This document shows, in pieces, positions 62,936 through 64,000 of a stretch of 64,000 nt of DNA. The stretch spans positions 79,396 to 143,395 of the forward strand of contig PKXY01000026.1 in assembly GCA_003132505.1 (NCBI GenBank), in the 5' to 3' direction. This stretch comes from Solirubrobacterales bacterium (lineage in GTDB: Bacteria; Actinomycetota; Thermoleophilia; Solirubrobacterales; Solirubrobacteraceae). Positions within the stretch are counted from its first letter, which is position 1. Every line of letters begins with the position of its first letter. The translations under genes and the position numbers were made by a program. Below the pieces are notes generated by a model that was not told the DNA's origin, searched no databases, and saw nothing but the letters and a program-made list of their open reading frames with translations.

Positions 62936-63340
62936 TCACCAGATCTCCGCCACGACCTCGCCGCCGACGCCGGCAGCGCGGGCCTCATGCCCGGTCATCA
63001 CGCCACGCGAAGTCGAAACGATCGTGGTACCGGTCCCGCCGTGGACACGAGGGATGTGCTTTGCGTCGACGTAGGCGCGCCTCCCGGGTCGCGACACACG
63101 GCGCAAGCCGGAGATCGCCGAGCGACGCGAATCGTCGTACTTGAGACGGATCTCGAGCACCTCGCCCGGAGCGCCGGTCGCGGGGGCGACGCTGAAGGCG
63201 TCGATATAGCCCTGCTCGGCGAGGATCCGGGCAAGCTCGGACTTCTGCCTCGAGCCCGGCATCAGCACCGTCTCGTGCGAGGCGTGAATCGCGTTGCGGA
63301 TCCGCGTCAGGAAATCGGCGATCGGGTCGGTCATCGACAT
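62936..63340 (-). CDS. rpsH: 30S ribosomal protein S8
   Basis: MSMTDPIADFLTRIRNA...GTTIVSTSRGVMT...GGEVVAEIW. Confidence 0.96.
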   Translation of the reverse strand: MSMTDPIADFLTRIRNAIHASHETVLMPGSRQKSELARILAEQGYIDAFSVAPATGAPGEVLEIRLKYDDSRRSAISGLRRVSRPGRRAYVDAKHIPRVHGGTGTTIVSTSRGVMTGHEARAAGVGGEVVAEIW

Positions 63341-63353
63341 GCTTGTATCTCCG

Positions 63354-63539
63354 TTACCACGATGACTTCGTCATGCCCGGGATCTGCCCCTGGTGCGCCA
63401 TCTCGCGCAGACAGATCCGGCAGAGGCCGAACTTCTTATACACCGAGCGTGCACGGCCGCAGCGGTTGCAGCGGCTGTACCCGCGTGTCTTGAACTTGGG
63501 GGTGCGCGCCTGTCGCACTCGTTGTGAGGTCTTGGCCAA
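63354..63539 (-). CDS. rpsN: 30S ribosomal protein S14, zinc-binding type Z (TTG start)
   Basis: The 61-aa protein contains [23 protein letters not shown]. The TTG start is preceded by AGGAG, which overlaps the rplE stop codon. Confidence 0.93.
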   Translation of the reverse strand: MAKTSQRVRQARTPKFKTRGYSRCNRCGRARSVYKKFGLCRICLREMAHQGQIPGMTKSSW

Positions 63540-63548
63540 TTTGTTCTC

Positions 63549-64000
63549 CTAATCTGTTTCGTCTGGCGACGAAGCAGATTCGTCGTCCTCTGGCGGAGCA
63601 GCCGCGTCGGCGGGCGCCTCCGTGCTGTCTTCGGGCGGAGGCCCGGTGATCTCCTCGACGAGGATCTCCTCGGCGATCACGTTTCCGGAGAGGTCCTCGA
63701 CAATGATCTCCTCGATCACCGCGGCCGGCGCGCCGGACTCGTCCTCGACGAGCACCTCTTCGACGATCAGCTCGCCGACCGGGTTGCCCGCGTCATCCTC
63801 GAGCACGCTGCCCGAGACGATGCCGACCGGCTCGCCGCTCAGGTCCTCGACGACGAAGTCCACGTTCGGCTCGACTGCTGCTGCCTCCGGCTTCGGCGCG
63901 GTTGCCACCTCGGGCTCGGGTTCGGCCTCGGGATCGCCAGGGAGCTTCGGGCGGCCTTCCTGTGAGAAGGGGAAGCCGAAGGCCTCGAGCAGGGCGAACG
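63549..64000 (-). CDS. rplE: 50S ribosomal protein L5 (3' part; 5' end beyond window) with long acidic repeat C-terminal extension
   Basis: The minus-strand frame entering at nt 64000 reads ...FALLEAFGFPF (the uL5 C-terminus). It then continues without a stop for ~138 codons to the TAG at 63551..63549. The tracked ORF (63549..63908) is only the part after an internal GTG. Confidence 0.8.
   Translation of the reverse strand, partial: FALLEAFGFPFSQEGRPKLPGDPEAEPEPEVATAPKPEAAAVEPNVDFVVEDLSGEPVGIVSGSVLEDDAGNPVGELIVEEVLVEDESGAPAAVIEEIIVEDLSGNVIAEEILVEEITGPPPEDSTEAPADAAAPPEDDESASSPDETD

Overview
This is a very GC-rich (about 70% by eye, not computed), gene-dense chromosomal segment. Nearly all of it is housekeeping. 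No mobile element, CRISPR array or rRNA is visible.

The gene content looks actinobacterial: HemQ/ChdC, FprA, a Holin-X/DUF3618/DUF4235 cluster, an ECF sigma factor with a fused zinc-finger/TM tail, and a FAS-II operon. A finer placement (Thermoleophilia/Rubrobacteria-like) is only a guess.

Gene order, left to right:
- glnN (partial) and metH.
- A GIY-YIG protein and a GT4-flippase-like fusion.
- hemQ-fprA-alkA.
- iscA, divergent from bolA-grxD.
- An orphan protein and degV.
- A four-gene small-membrane-protein operon.
- C-N hydrolase, plsC and a GT2.
- A biotinyl-domain protein followed by bioB-bioF-bioD.
- A rubredoxin that the ORF track missed.
- Two tandem GH15 genes.
- An ECF sigma/anti-sigma fusion.
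- A gntR-E1alpha-E1beta-E2 operon.
- SIS and shikimate-DH-like genes, then an epoxide hydrolase.
- fabH-fabG-acpP-fabF-accD-fabI-reductase.
- An FAD oxidoreductase.
- A GAF histidine kinase with a NarL-type regulator, then a LysR regulator and a USP.
- A GT-C membrane protein, tRNA-Pro(CGG) and a small stand-alone gene.
- dacB, ligA-surE, and DUF427, GNAT and truA.
- The rplQ-to-rplE end of the ribosomal/secY cluster, including an untracked rpmJ.

Many adjacent genes overlap by 1, 4 or 8 nt (TGATG, ATGA, GTGA, GTGAGTGA). I used these overlaps to re-call several start codons. Most long ORFs in the track that lie antisense to these genes are high-GC shadow ORFs.

The most unusual observations:
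- uL5 carries a ~138-residue hyper-acidic repetitive tail.
- A single polypeptide combines an ECF sigma factor, a zinc-finger anti-sigma motif, a TM segment and Gly-X-Ser/Thr repeats.
- Four small membrane-protein genes form a translationally coupled operon.
- The FAS-II operon has an embedded carboxyltransferase and a terminal thioester-reductase-type gene.
- infA is absent from its usual slot between map and rpmJ.
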